This document shows, one piece after another, positions 49,901-57,952 of a DNA stretch of 64,000 nucleotides (its first letter is position 1; each line of letters begins with the position of its first letter). The notes below the pieces were generated by a model. The model was given only the letters and a program-made list of their open reading frames with translations. It had not been told where the DNA came from and did no database searches. The translations under genes and the position numbers were made by a program. This DNA comes from a virus: the IMG/VR virus record IMGVR_UViG_3300027747_004417; one strand, 5' to 3'.

Positions 49901-50325
49901 TAAAAAAAGATGTCTATGTTTCTTTAAACAACACTTGGTTTTATGAAGGTCTAGTTTATGAAAACCAAATCAACCAAAGACAGATAAAGCAGGCCCATCT
50001 AGAGCAACAACAGTTTGATACAATTCGTTTCAACACGATTTTATCAAACTCTGTATTTAGCCTTTGTCCTGAAGGCACAGGCCCCAATACAATTAGACTC
50101 TGGGAAAGCATGGCCATAGGTTCAATTCCAGTATTGTTTGAAAATGACTGGGAGCGGCCTTCTATAGATAACTTAAGTTGGGATGAATTTTCTATAACAA
50201 TTAGACCCAACCAGGTTGAAGACGTTTTTTACATCTTAAACGAAATTCCTAAAGAAAAAATAGAAGAAATGAGAACAAACTGCATAAATGCTTATAATTC
50301 TATAAGGACAAGGACTTGTTTTTAG
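46918..50325 (+). CDS. Multidomain glycosyltransferase (TPR + GT-A-like + fucosyltransferase-like + exostosin/GT47 C-terminus), 1135 aa
   Basis: FDPVFY..HFIEYG motif; LANSDIYFD..SQDCWV; TPR-like helices; GNLFKRLRTINS..DLFLLAS; SVFSLCPEGTGPNTIRLWESMAIGSIPV. Confidence 0.8.
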   Translation: MRVKYKGSIEPNNNWEDLAKKAVELSFRNDFELDPSKSHNYAESSSLLEKSMEVCTSAWPFLRYAELCRDYESKISTYERSVKVEATSLAIARLVYLNSVLDNLDKAKYWLDQLISLYPNDPYIKNFMFLKDTFVGKDKVTRCSLVPYDFDPVFYREAHKELGLQSDIESIFHFIEYGRNELRDYKRPIDIPVVKVVLFTQYYACDEQTKNDIVYCLNKNIENPLINELVLFYDQDELKNELIELSQASDKIRIVKIEERLTFKQWFEFSSQNYSESWIKVLANSDIYFDSTLSFLYNLEYRKDIFYSCSRVDLDDSGNLIPSRITNSKDSPLINNYTSQDCWVYKEDLLPFKSDFKLGYENCDVFLKDHCLASGCHFLNLFNHINCVHVDRRSIKVRGKYEFSPKESSNNSDYEGDWVGFALAALEEKDQTSAIKLFRRSIELKPSASWPYIKLAAMLNDTKEKIELLTEAIKIDNNCWGYIMLIRSFLSTNDYYKANDLLSTLEELVANEAGAEADVLKEVKELKSYIEIKLRTKIYLRVYGNLFKRLRTINSFYSFAKQHKKDLFVYWGEGFQWSSQKFDDLFEKVESISFVEKEFIETNSKNTLDLSLLMNAKGKDLSDKEILEHLKKESFTYFGDECLEDVIDGFSVDNNFYQLLVPKLSLDQSYKVDAILKQFVDGKTFGIFIDNPDTSLLKKEIDKQIEEEPKSVFFVSCNRADLLSSLIEDYPERIVFQEKEFEDTESYEMLGDQTNKLVDLFLLASTNKIISCPCNEITNVSSKMSGVPLIELPGYECKEKTLKPNLIRVHHQLGWQTPAFTEKQAFINHDNNYLCPSDKIYIACPWASIIDFIVSRFQNSIRLSDFYESQEIRNYLENHMRTNGYDSKKLLDYDTHTVCQHIFWHKLIRFWVSHGIKNVHASHLTKNFVHVDGIKFYPWFLVGSNIENPKRNFNMTFKRDRKYLCSFIGATTKAYRSNIRQKINDSFIKLKKETLKKDVYVSLNNTWFYEGLVYENQINQRQIKQAHLEQQQFDTIRFNTILSNSVFSLCPEGTGPNTIRLWESMAIGSIPVLFENDWERPSIDNLSWDEFSITIRPNQVEDVFYILNEIPKEKIEEMRTNCINAYNSIRTRTCF

Positions 50326-50765
50326 TTCTCCCAAGGAAACACTACCCATTGTCTCTCAGTGTTTCTATCAATTTTTCTTGCCTTAAAGTCTACATTAAAC
50401 TTTTGTCGTATGTTGAAAAACAAAGAACATGTTTTATAGTTTTTAATCCCATTCTTTTCTAGTGTCTCGCACACTAAAGATAAGGTGGCACCTTCGTCAC
50501 ATATGTCGTCTACGATAAGTAGTCTCTTGTCTTTGACTTTTTCGTCAACCTCAATTAGTTCTACAAAGTTTTTACCATCTCGCAGTTGACATGATGCCAC
50601 CAGCATAGGCAGATACATGTAGTGGCTTATCATTGTTGCTGGAACCAGACCGCCTCTTTTTATTCCAACTACACAATCGGGGTACCATTCCCCAAAATTA
50701 ATTTGTGCTATTATAGACTTGACATCATCTTTTAGCTGGTCCCATGTGTAAAATATTTTTTCCAT
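50322..50765 (-). CDS. Type I phosphoribosyltransferase (xanthine/guanine PRT-like)
   Basis: VVGIKRGGLVPA, LLIVDDICDEGATL PRPP motif, WVVFPWE. Confidence 0.92.
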   Translation of the reverse strand: MEKIFYTWDQLKDDVKSIIAQINFGEWYPDCVVGIKRGGLVPATMISHYMYLPMLVASCQLRDGKNFVELIEVDEKVKDKRLLIVDDICDEGATLSLVCETLEKNGIKNYKTCSLFFNIRQKFNVDFKARKIDRNTERQWVVFPWEN

Positions 50766-50783
50766 TTTGTTCCCTCAAAATGA

Positions 50784-50811
50784 ATTATAGTGTTTTAATT
50801 TTGTAAATCAA
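50784..50811 (-). promoter_or_regulatory. sigma70-like promoter for the PRTase
   Basis: TTGATT-N16-TATAAT on the minus strand; GAGGGA RBS downstream. Confidence 0.55.
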
Positions 50812-50861
50812 CAACACTCATGAACTGTTCACCAAAATGACAAAAATTTTGAACTCATTTT

Positions 50862-51614
50862 TTATTTGCCTATTGTTTCCTCAATCCATTCTTTGTATCT
50901 ACTAATTCTTGTATGGCAACTTTCATCTCCGTAATTCGAATCCGTGTTTCCATCCTTTGAAAGAACTGAGGAATTCACACCTGCGAGCATTCCGTCTATA
51001 AATAGGCCGCCTCCACTGTCGCCATGAGATATTAAAAATTCCAACTCAGTTGGATTCTTCCTGTTCATAACACAGAAAACCGCACCATCTGAAACTGCTT
51101 CTATCTTATTAGAGCCAGCTCTTTTTACGTCTCCTTCTTTTTTAGAGCCGGTTAGTCCTGTTCCTGTTCTGCCGAATCCTGCTATACCACATGTCTTTCC
51201 TATTTCATCTTTGTTTCCATAAAGTTTTGGATAATGCGAAATTTTAATTTTTCCTTTTACTTTGCACAAAGCCAAGTCTCCTGGCCCGAAGTCTCCTTTA
51301 AAATCAGGACACATGAAGGTTTCTTGTATTGGTATTTCTACTCCTTCAAAAAAGACGCATGTGCTTTTGGCGTCTTTTACAACATGGCCTGCTGTTATAA
51401 CCCATACTTCTGATATGGCCGTGCAACTTCCAAAATATTTTATTTCTTTTCCTTTTTCTTCAAGAGTGCCACCTAATTTAAGAACGCACTCATGTTCTTT
51501 TCCGTATTTTAGGTATCTTTCATCCTGAACGTCGTGTCTTATTGTACCACCAAAACTAACTCCACTTAAAGCAAGCAATAAAGTTGCTACACTGATTATT
51601 GTCGTTTTTTTCAT
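50862..51614 (-). CDS. Trypsin-like (S1) serine protease with signal peptide
   Basis: N-terminal MKK+hydrophobic signal; TAGH, DLAL, GDSGGG triad. Confidence 0.92.
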   Translation of the reverse strand: MKKTTIISVATLLLALSGVSFGGTIRHDVQDERYLKYGKEHECVLKLGGTLEEKGKEIKYFGSCTAISEVWVITAGHVVKDAKSTCVFFEGVEIPIQETFMCPDFKGDFGPGDLALCKVKGKIKISHYPKLYGNKDEIGKTCGIAGFGRTGTGLTGSKKEGDVKRAGSNKIEAVSDGAVFCVMNRKNPTELEFLISHGDSGGGLFIDGMLAGVNSSVLSKDGNTDSNYGDESCHTRISRYKEWIEETIGK

Positions 51615-51681
51615 TTTACTCCTTCATTCGTTTTAGTCCTTCGTCTGGATTCTATTGGTGTAAGCCTTTATATTTAGTTGT

Positions 51682-51710
51682 TTGACAAGCAAAAGAGTGA
51701 TGGTTATAAT
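51682..51710 (+). promoter_or_regulatory. Consensus sigma70 promoter
   Basis: TTGACA (51682-87), 17-nt spacer, TATAAT (51705-10). Confidence 0.85.
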
Positions 51711-51716
51711 AGAGGT

Positions 51717-51851
51717 ATGATTCAATATTTGCTGCATTTATTGGGTTTTTGCCCTTGTTCTCATTTTCACTTTGACATCAAGGACCTTTTTTTACTGTTT
51801 CCCTCGGCCTATCTTTGCCTACAATATATTTTTACCAAACTTTGGAAATAA
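51717..51851 (+). CDS. Small hydrophobic protein (44 aa), not in ORF track
   Basis: GAGGT RBS after the promoter; MIQYLLHLLGFCPCSHFHFDIKDLFLLFPSAYLCLQYIFTKLWK. Confidence 0.6.
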   Translation: MIQYLLHLLGFCPCSHFHFDIKDLFLLFPSAYLCLQYIFTKLWK

Positions 51852-51860
51852 AGGAAAAAC

Positions 51861-52475
51861 ATGTATTTAATTACAGATAAAGAAAATAAAACATTTGGTG
51901 GTTTTTTGTGGACCAACGAAACCACAAATGAGACAGATAATCCAAATCATTACTTTCGCTTATATGATTCTTTAGAATCGGCAATCTACTTGTGCCCTTT
52001 CTTTGGACACAAGGAGTTTAACGTCTGGGAAGCCGAAGGCTCTGGTGAATGCATAGAGGAAAGAACATCTAAAAAGTTCTCTATATGCAAAACTTTATCT
52101 ATAAAAGAAGTCTCGTTGCCTAGTAATGAGAAAAGAATGTTAGCCGCTATCCTGTGCTCGCTTAACATAGTAAAGGACCAAGAGTTCATTAGCTGGTGCT
52201 CCTCGTATCTAAAAAATGAAGATAGAACCAAAGAAAAAGCCTTCATTGTAAAAGAGTCTTTTGCCAACCTAGAAGAAGACTGTGAGAGATTTAGTTGTGC
52301 GATACCACTTCTTTCGTCCCTATCAGCAGAAGATAGAACGGTAGAGTTAACAGCCTACTCGATCTTCAGAGCAATTTCAGACTCCGTTGATCTTGAAGAA
52401 AAGATTGAGCTGAATAAGGTACTTAAAATAGCCTCTTTCATCCCAGCAAATGAGATAGCTTCTATAATTAATTAG
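51861..52475 (+). CDS. Hypothetical protein (204 aa)
   Basis: AAGGA RBS, clean ORF. Confidence 0.7.
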   Translation: MYLITDKENKTFGGFLWTNETTNETDNPNHYFRLYDSLESAIYLCPFFGHKEFNVWEAEGSGECIEERTSKKFSICKTLSIKEVSLPSNEKRMLAAILCSLNIVKDQEFISWCSSYLKNEDRTKEKAFIVKESFANLEEDCERFSCAIPLLSSLSAEDRTVELTAYSIFRAISDSVDLEEKIELNKVLKIASFIPANEIASIIN

Positions 52476-52492
52476 TTGTGCATAAATAATGC

Positions 52493-52987
52493 ATGGCTAA
52501 GTATTACAACATCTCTATAGAAGAGATGAATGAGTTCTTGGTACGCCAAGGGTTCACTAGAATTCCGCAAGAAATGCTCCCAAATACTAGAGAATTAGTA
52601 TATGGTAAAAGAGTGGATGCAATAGGCATACCACTAACAATAAGGGTTTATACCGGAATCGACTCTTCTGGCCAGTCTAGAGACGTTGGCGAAGATGCAA
52701 TGAGGGTTGTTCTGTTTACTAAGATTCCGGATGTACAAAACCCTAGCAAAATGGTTACAAAGCAATTATTTGGCTCTAAAAGAGTACATAGAGTCGCTGG
52801 GTGGGCCAAAAACCTACAATCCAGAATAAATGAAGTAATAGAAAAAGCCAAGCAGCAAAAAATATGCGACAAGTGTGGACTTCCAATGATTCTTAGGGAA
52901 GGCAAAAGCAAGACAACAGGGTCACCATATAGCTTTTATGGTTGCTCTGGTTATCCATCCTGCACAAACACCAAGCCAGTCAATTAG
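52493..52987 (+). CDS. Hypothetical protein with C-terminal topoisomerase-type C4 zinc finger
   Basis: CDKCGLPMILREGK..FYGCSGYPSC. Confidence 0.78.
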   Translation: MAKYYNISIEEMNEFLVRQGFTRIPQEMLPNTRELVYGKRVDAIGIPLTIRVYTGIDSSGQSRDVGEDAMRVVLFTKIPDVQNPSKMVTKQLFGSKRVHRVAGWAKNLQSRINEVIEKAKQQKICDKCGLPMILREGKSKTTGSPYSFYGCSGYPSCTNTKPVN

Positions 52988-53602
52988 TCACCAAGGTCTA
53001 GAAGACTTTAGCCCCACAGACTTGGCATATCTAGCTATGTTGCAAGACCAGTAACCAGGAGTGGTCCTGTCTTTCTTTTGCGAGCATTTGTGTCTTGCTC
53101 TAAAACTCTTTGCTCTAGCAGGGCTGCTGTTTTTTATTGAAAGGCCTGATGCCTTTGAGTCCCCAAATCTAACGGTCTTAACCTTACCGCCAGATGTTTT
53201 TACAAAAACCTTAAACTTTTTTGGTCCGCCTGGTGTTCTCATTGGTTTGTTTAAAGGTCCCTTTTTATTCCCTGATTTGTTCTTTTTTCCTTCTGATATC
53301 AATTCTTTATCAACAATCGGAGCATCTAAGTGAAAAACTCTTCCATTAACTTCCACAACAGAACCTATGTCCGTATCTAAAAGATCTGCGTCTTCGTCGT
53401 TGACCTTTATTAGATCATTTTCGTATAAATCTCTAACCTCATTGATTAGATCAAAGTAAGATTTGCTATAAACTCTAAAAGCATTCTCACATAGAGAAAT
53501 TTTATTGTCTATGTGGTATTGAAGATTTTCACTTATTTTTACCTTCTTTACAAGCTCCATTGGAGTTGAAGGCTTATTGTTTACATAATCTTTAAAGCTC
53601 AT
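52988..53602 (-). CDS. Conserved-type T4-like phage protein with basic C-terminal domain (204 aa), CTS-like start
   Basis: Start moved to ATG 53602 (MSFKDYV); C-terminus KKFKVFVK..VRFGD..SFRARHKC..PGYWSC. Confidence 0.7.
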   Translation of the reverse strand: MSFKDYVNNKPSTPMELVKKVKISENLQYHIDNKISLCENAFRVYSKSYFDLINEVRDLYENDLIKVNDEDADLLDTDIGSVVEVNGRVFHLDAPIVDKELISEGKKNKSGNKKGPLNKPMRTPGGPKKFKVFVKTSGGKVKTVRFGDSKASGLSIKNSSPARAKSFRARHKCSQKKDRTTPGYWSCNIARYAKSVGLKSSRPW

Positions 53603-53641
53603 AAAATTATGTATGCTGCCAATGGTTTTTTTGGGTTTTTG

Positions 53642-53649
53642 TATAAATA
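53642..53649 (+). promoter_or_regulatory. T4 late-type promoter TATAAATA
   Basis: Exact consensus 5 nt before ATG 53655. Confidence 0.6.
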
Positions 53650-53654
53650 TTCTC

Positions 53655-53924
53655 ATGGAACTCCCATTCTCAGAAAAAAGCCTAGGGAACAACAACTTCA
53701 TTAGAACCTTTTCTAGCGATGTTGATTCGCATGAGCTCAAATGGCACAGAGACAAAGAAGATAGGACTGTTACGCCCTTAAACAAGAATGACTGGCTTTT
53801 TCAGCGAGACAATGAACTACCCCGTCCTCTGGACAAAGAAATCACTATAAAAGCAAATGAATGGCATAGGGTAATAAAGGGAACAAGCGAATTAGTAGTG
53901 AGAGTCTTAAAACATGAAAAATAA
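53655..53924 (+). CDS. Small cupin-like hypothetical protein (89 aa)
   Basis: ELKWHRDKEDR..IKANEWHRVIKGT; start moved to ATG 53655. Confidence 0.55.
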   Translation: MELPFSEKSLGNNNFIRTFSSDVDSHELKWHRDKEDRTVTPLNKNDWLFQRDNELPRPLDKEITIKANEWHRVIKGTSELVVRVLKHEK

Positions 53925-54867
53925 AATACTAATCATTGTGTGTTTGTTGTTGGCTTCAATTATATTGTTTTCCAAGAATGGAAGCTTTTATGGAGCAAAA
54001 GAAGTTGGACTCCCTTTCGATGTTAACGACAAAGACAATAACCGGGCTCTACTCTTCACAATGACAGACGAGTCAGGCAGAATGAGAAATATAGATTTGA
54101 TGCGAAGCGTTTTTGAAAACGGCAAGTTAGGATTTAAGTGTGAATACTATCACAACAAAACTTCTTCTTACATTTATGGAAAAATCAAAGAAACGGTTAA
54201 GCAAATGGATCAAGACGGAACCCTTCTTCTTTACCTAAACAGTCATGGCGGTGGTTCTGGGAAGAATTTTGGTATGACCACTAATGGAGGATGGTTTAAG
54301 TTTGGTGAGGTTCTTAAATCAATATCATCTGTTAAAAAAATAAAAAGGCTAATAGTTCTTGTTGATACATGCCACGCGGAAGGAGCCATTAATGAGGGCT
54401 TTGAAGGCGGCGGCAAACTAATTAAGAACGTGAACACAATGATGGTGGAGCTCCCAGATAGTTATGGTCGTTGGCCAAACCCTTCTCTTAGGATTCCTTC
54501 TTTTATGAGGTTCTTCGAGAAAGACAACAATACATTTTATTATGGAGAGAATAGTGAAGCATATGAAGAAGCTTTAATAATCACATCATCAAGTGCCCAA
54601 GATCTATCTATGAGAGGAACTTTTGCTTCAAACTTTAAGAAAGCTTTTGACAAGGTAAGCTCCCAAGAAGACGTAAAAGTAATAGACTTCTTGAAGACAT
54701 TTGCTTTATCACACTCACAAGGAGGCCAGCAGCCATACTACAAATGTATACCAAATTCTATATTGAATGAGTCCCTTTTTAAAGGCTTCCCTGCTAGGTC
54801 AATTCCAATATCCGATAAAAATGATTCTAGTTCTTCATTCAAAAGAGATTATATTTTGGTGCCATAA
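53914..54867 (+). CDS. Caspase/metacaspase-like (clan CD) cysteine peptidase with N-terminal signal/anchor
   Basis: LLLYLNSHGGG (His) and LIVLVDTCHAEG (Cys) dyad, LIITSSS; hydrophobic N-terminus. Confidence 0.75.
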   Translation: MKNKILIIVCLLLASIILFSKNGSFYGAKEVGLPFDVNDKDNNRALLFTMTDESGRMRNIDLMRSVFENGKLGFKCEYYHNKTSSYIYGKIKETVKQMDQDGTLLLYLNSHGGGSGKNFGMTTNGGWFKFGEVLKSISSVKKIKRLIVLVDTCHAEGAINEGFEGGGKLIKNVNTMMVELPDSYGRWPNPSLRIPSFMRFFEKDNNTFYYGENSEAYEEALIITSSSAQDLSMRGTFASNFKKAFDKVSSQEDVKVIDFLKTFALSHSQGGQQPYYKCIPNSILNESLFKGFPARSIPISDKNDSSSSFKRDYILVP

Positions 54868-54869
54868 TA

Positions 54870-55739
54870 CTAAAGGTTAGATACAAAATTCTTAAAAGTA
54901 CTGTTTGCTAAAGTGAAAAGCTTCTCTGTTTCATCCATTAAGTCGTTCACTTCACTGTAAGAAATACCATATCCAAAAACAACGCATCTGACACAATCAT
55001 TTGGAACGTTTATTCCTGAATATACACACTGTCTAACTATTGGGTCCAATAACTTCGACGTGTCTTCCTTGGGATGTGTTTTGTTAAATTCAATTAGGCT
55101 ATCAGGAAGAATAGGTAAAAGATTACTTTTTTCTTTATCAAACTCTCTGTAGTCTGATCCGCCGTTATTTCCATGACCAAAAAATCCTGCGTACTTTCCC
55201 TCCAAATGGTTCTTTAAAAGCTTAATGTTCTTTTCATTCTTTTCTATTGCTCTTGTCTTTTTGCTATTCTTTATGTCGTCTTCTCCCAACATATCTTTTG
55301 CTTCATCTGCTGTTATCGTGAGGCTTGCACAAACGAGTCTGTCAAAGAAACTCTTAACCACGCTGCTGCAAGCACTCCAGTTGATGGGTGTGATTACAAA
55401 AAAACCATCACATTCTTCTAGTTTCTTATAGACATCTTCTTCATGCATTAGATCCTTTGGATCAGATTTCTTGCTATAGCAATCACAGGGCCAATGACAG
55501 TGAAAGCTGCTAGTGCTTGTACATCCTTTGCACGGCAGAACGTTTATACCGTCACATTTAACAGATAAGTCTATGGTTTCAAAAGATACCGAATCTTTAA
55601 AATCTTCTTTTATCCTGTTAGCTAATTTGTGCGTCTTGCTTAACTCGTCAGGACAGCAATTAGAAGATCTGGCGGATCCTACTATTAGGACAACCTTTTT
55701 TTTATTCTTGGTTTTTACGAATTCTAGAAATGTTGACAT
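54870..55739 (-). CDS. Iron-sulfur flavoprotein / NADPH-dependent FMN reductase family protein, CTS-like start
   Basis: VVLIVGSAR, PCKGC..HCHWPCDC, DGFFVITPINW..KSFFDRL; starts MSTFLEFV. Confidence 0.85.
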   Translation of the reverse strand: MSTFLEFVKTKNKKKVVLIVGSARSSNCCPDELSKTHKLANRIKEDFKDSVSFETIDLSVKCDGINVLPCKGCTSTSSFHCHWPCDCYSKKSDPKDLMHEEDVYKKLEECDGFFVITPINWSACSSVVKSFFDRLVCASLTITADEAKDMLGEDDIKNSKKTRAIEKNEKNIKLLKNHLEGKYAGFFGHGNNGGSDYREFDKEKSNLLPILPDSLIEFNKTHPKEDTSKLLDPIVRQCVYSGINVPNDCVRCVVFGYGISYSEVNDLMDETEKLFTLANSTFKNFVSNL

Positions 55740-55777
55740 AAATTAAAACTTGTATTTGAAGTACTACATATATAGCG

Positions 55778-56569
55778 ATGAAGATACTAGTTTGCGACCC
55801 ATCGTTTTATCAAATAGATTATGAAATTAATCCCTGGATGAGTGTGTCACATAAGGCGGACACAAACTTAGCTATTCAACAATGGAATACACTCATAAAT
55901 GAATTGCTGGGACTGGGAGTTGATGTAGTAAGAATACCACCTCAGTCCGGTCTGCCCGACATGGTGTTCACCGCCAATGGTGGAGTAATGGCATATAATT
56001 ATGTTATTTTGTCCAACTTTAAACACAAAGAAAGGCAAGATGAAAAAGAGTTCTTTAAGAAGTGGTTTAATGAAAACGGCATTAGAGTTATAGAAATCAG
56101 CAACGGCATTAGATTTGAAGGAGCGGGAGATTGCCTTGTAAAAGACCATACGGTCTTTATGGGATACGGATTTAGAACTGACCAAGAAGCTTATTACGAT
56201 AACATTTGGGATGTTTTGGATATGAGGTCTTTTAGATTAAGACTTTTTGATCCGTACTTTTACCACCTTGATACTTGCTTTTGCCCATTAAACAAAAATC
56301 AGATTCTTATTTACCCTGAGGCGTTTGACAAAAACGATCTAGTGAATCTGAGAAGAAATAATTTTGAGCTACTCTGTGTTCCTAAAGAAGATGCTCATAA
56401 GTTTGCATGTAATGCCGTTCTAGTGGGTGACCATATTTTGATTCCAAAAGGCTGTGATGAGACTAGGGATATACTTACTCAAAACTACTATATTGTTCAC
56501 GAACTAGACATGAGCGAGTTTATCAAAGCCGGTGGGGCTTGTAAGTGCTTAACTATGGTCGTTGGCTGA
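55778..56569 (+). CDS. Amidinotransferase / dimethylarginine dimethylaminohydrolase superfamily enzyme
   Basis: YEINPWM, PDMVFTANGG, FEGAGD, YHLDT, GGACKCLT. Confidence 0.92.
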   Translation: MKILVCDPSFYQIDYEINPWMSVSHKADTNLAIQQWNTLINELLGLGVDVVRIPPQSGLPDMVFTANGGVMAYNYVILSNFKHKERQDEKEFFKKWFNENGIRVIEISNGIRFEGAGDCLVKDHTVFMGYGFRTDQEAYYDNIWDVLDMRSFRLRLFDPYFYHLDTCFCPLNKNQILIYPEAFDKNDLVNLRRNNFELLCVPKEDAHKFACNAVLVGDHILIPKGCDETRDILTQNYYIVHELDMSEFIKAGGACKCLTMVVG

Positions 56570-57011
56570 GAATGTCTTTTATTTCTAAAAGAGTTTTTTC
56601 CTGCAGAGTTAGCTCACCTTCTTCTTTTTCCTGCTCGAATACACAATATAACAATTTTTGAATAAGTAAAAACAAAAATAGAGATACAATCAAAAAAGTA
56701 ATCATGTCAGCAAAAAACAACCCAAAAGGAATGTCTTTCCCACAAAAGGTCACTTTCCAGTTTTTATAGCTTGATTCAAAAGGCAATAATATACTCACTA
56801 TAGGCATTAAAACATTATCTACTAAGCTAGATATTATCTTGTTGAAGGAACCACCTATTATTACTCCAACCGATAAGTCTAAAAACCTTCCTCTGAAAAC
56901 GAACTTTTTGAACTCTTTTAATAAGTCAAAAGCCTCTCTTCTAGAAATTAGTTCTTTATTCAATTGATTGTTATGCCTATATCTCATAAAAACAAAATTA
57001 TTTTTATACAC
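56553..57011 (-). CDS. mscL: Large-conductance mechanosensitive channel MscL (true start probably near TTG 56963)
   Basis: EFKKFVFRGRFLDLSVGVIIGGSFNKIISSLVDNVLMP; second TM; LLEIKDIL tail. Confidence 0.88.
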   Translation of the reverse strand: MYKNNFVFMRYRHNNQLNKELISRREAFDLLKEFKKFVFRGRFLDLSVGVIIGGSFNKIISSLVDNVLMPIVSILLPFESSYKNWKVTFCGKDIPFGLFFADMITFLIVSLFLFLLIQKLLYCVFEQEKEEGELTLQEKTLLEIKDILSQRP

Positions 57012-57572
57012 ATTCCTAAAAATGCTGGTACCTCTATTGTGGAGTCAAAAGAGTTAGAGTTCTCAACAGTAGGCCACCAATGCTTTTCACACTACAAAGA
57101 TAGATATCCAGTTCAGTGGGAAAATTATACAAAAGCTTGTATAGTAAGAAACCCTTGGGACAGGTTTGTTTCATGCTATGAATATGCAAGGATGACAAAA
57201 AGTTATTGGCACTCTAACGAAGGATACCCCTCTAGTAAATTTGGGCCACACCCTGATTACAAGAAAGTCAAAAATCTTTGCTTTGAGGGTTTCACAAGAA
57301 AGTTCTTTAACAAAGAACTTAATCTGAGTCATCCATGCTGGGCTCCACAAAAGAATTGGGTGTTCTCAGAGGAAAAACTAATGGTAGACGAGGTGTTTAG
57401 ACTAGAGAGCATAGAAGATAACAAAAAGTTTAAAGAAATTTTTGGTGTTATAGAAAAGCTTAATCAAAGCAAGAGGTCCGAATATAGGTCCTACTATAAA
57501 ACAAAAGAGTCTATAGACATAATAGCGGAAGCCTATAGAGATGATATAGAATTTCTTAACTACTCTTTTTAG
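56964..57572 (+). CDS. Carbohydrate sulfotransferase (Sulfotransfer_2-type)
   Basis: IFIHIPKNAGTSI 5'-PSB and VRNPWDRFVSCY 3'-PB motifs. Confidence 0.9.
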   Translation: MIVMPISHKNKIIFIHIPKNAGTSIVESKELEFSTVGHQCFSHYKDRYPVQWENYTKACIVRNPWDRFVSCYEYARMTKSYWHSNEGYPSSKFGPHPDYKKVKNLCFEGFTRKFFNKELNLSHPCWAPQKNWVFSEEKLMVDEVFRLESIEDNKKFKEIFGVIEKLNQSKRSEYRSYYKTKESIDIIAEAYRDDIEFLNYSF

Positions 57573-57876
57573 CCTTATTCTTTCTTTTTCTTCTCCAAGG
57601 CCAATATCCATAAAGTCCACAACACCCATAGGGTTTATTTGCAACGTCGGTCGTTTTTGTTCCCCCAGAATTGTTGCCAACGACAGATCCGGTACTTCCA
57701 CCGGTACTTCCACCGGTACTTCCACCGGTACTTCCACCGGTACTTCCACCGGTACTTCCACCGGTACTTCCACCGGTACTTCCACCGGCACTTCCACCGG
57801 CACTTCCACCGGCACTTCCACCGGCACTTCCACCGGCACCGTCTTCTGTTATTCTAAGCCACTTCTTGAAATTCAT
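57556..57876 (-). CDS. Small Gly/Ser-repeat protein with CTS-like start and basic tail (106 aa)
   Basis: MNFKKWLRITE, (GGSA)4(GGST)8, WPWRRKRKNKAKK. Confidence 0.75.
   Translation of the reverse strand: MNFKKWLRITEDGAGGSAGGSAGGSAGGSAGGSTGGSTGGSTGGSTGGSTGGSTGGSTGGSTGSVVGNNSGGTKTTDVANKPYGCCGLYGYWPWRRKRKNKAKKSS
57689..57838 (-). repeat. 12-bp coding tandem repeat ccgg(t/c)acttcca, about 12 copies
   Basis: Directly visible. Confidence 0.97.
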
Positions 57877-57893
57877 AATTTATATACTATAAT
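57866..57893 (+). promoter_or_regulatory. sigma70-like promoter upstream of the hairpin-controlled sulfotransferase
   Basis: TTGAAA-N16-TATAAT. Confidence 0.55.
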
Positions 57894-57907
57894 GTTCTGT
57901 AATTTAA

Positions 57908-57951
57908 CTTTGCTCCCTAGTCTTATAAATAATGTAAACTAGGGAGCAAAG
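57908..57951 (+). promoter_or_regulatory. RBS-sequestering 14-bp hairpin with T4 late promoter TATAAATA in its loop
   Basis: ctttgctccctagt (57908-21) / actagggagcaaag (57938-51); TATAAATA 57924-31; AGGGAG 57941-46; TTG start 57953. Confidence 0.85.
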
Positions 57952-57952
57952 A

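Noticed and set aside
53603-53785. N-terminal extension of ORF 52988..53785
   Set aside because: Overlaps the opposite-strand gene at 53655; ATG 53602 gives a tagged start with an upstream TACATA box.
57402-57892. PVEV, HRYF and PPVL repeat ORFs
   Set aside because: Alternative frames of the 12-bp repeat; the frame with the MNFKKWL start and TATATA box is preferred.
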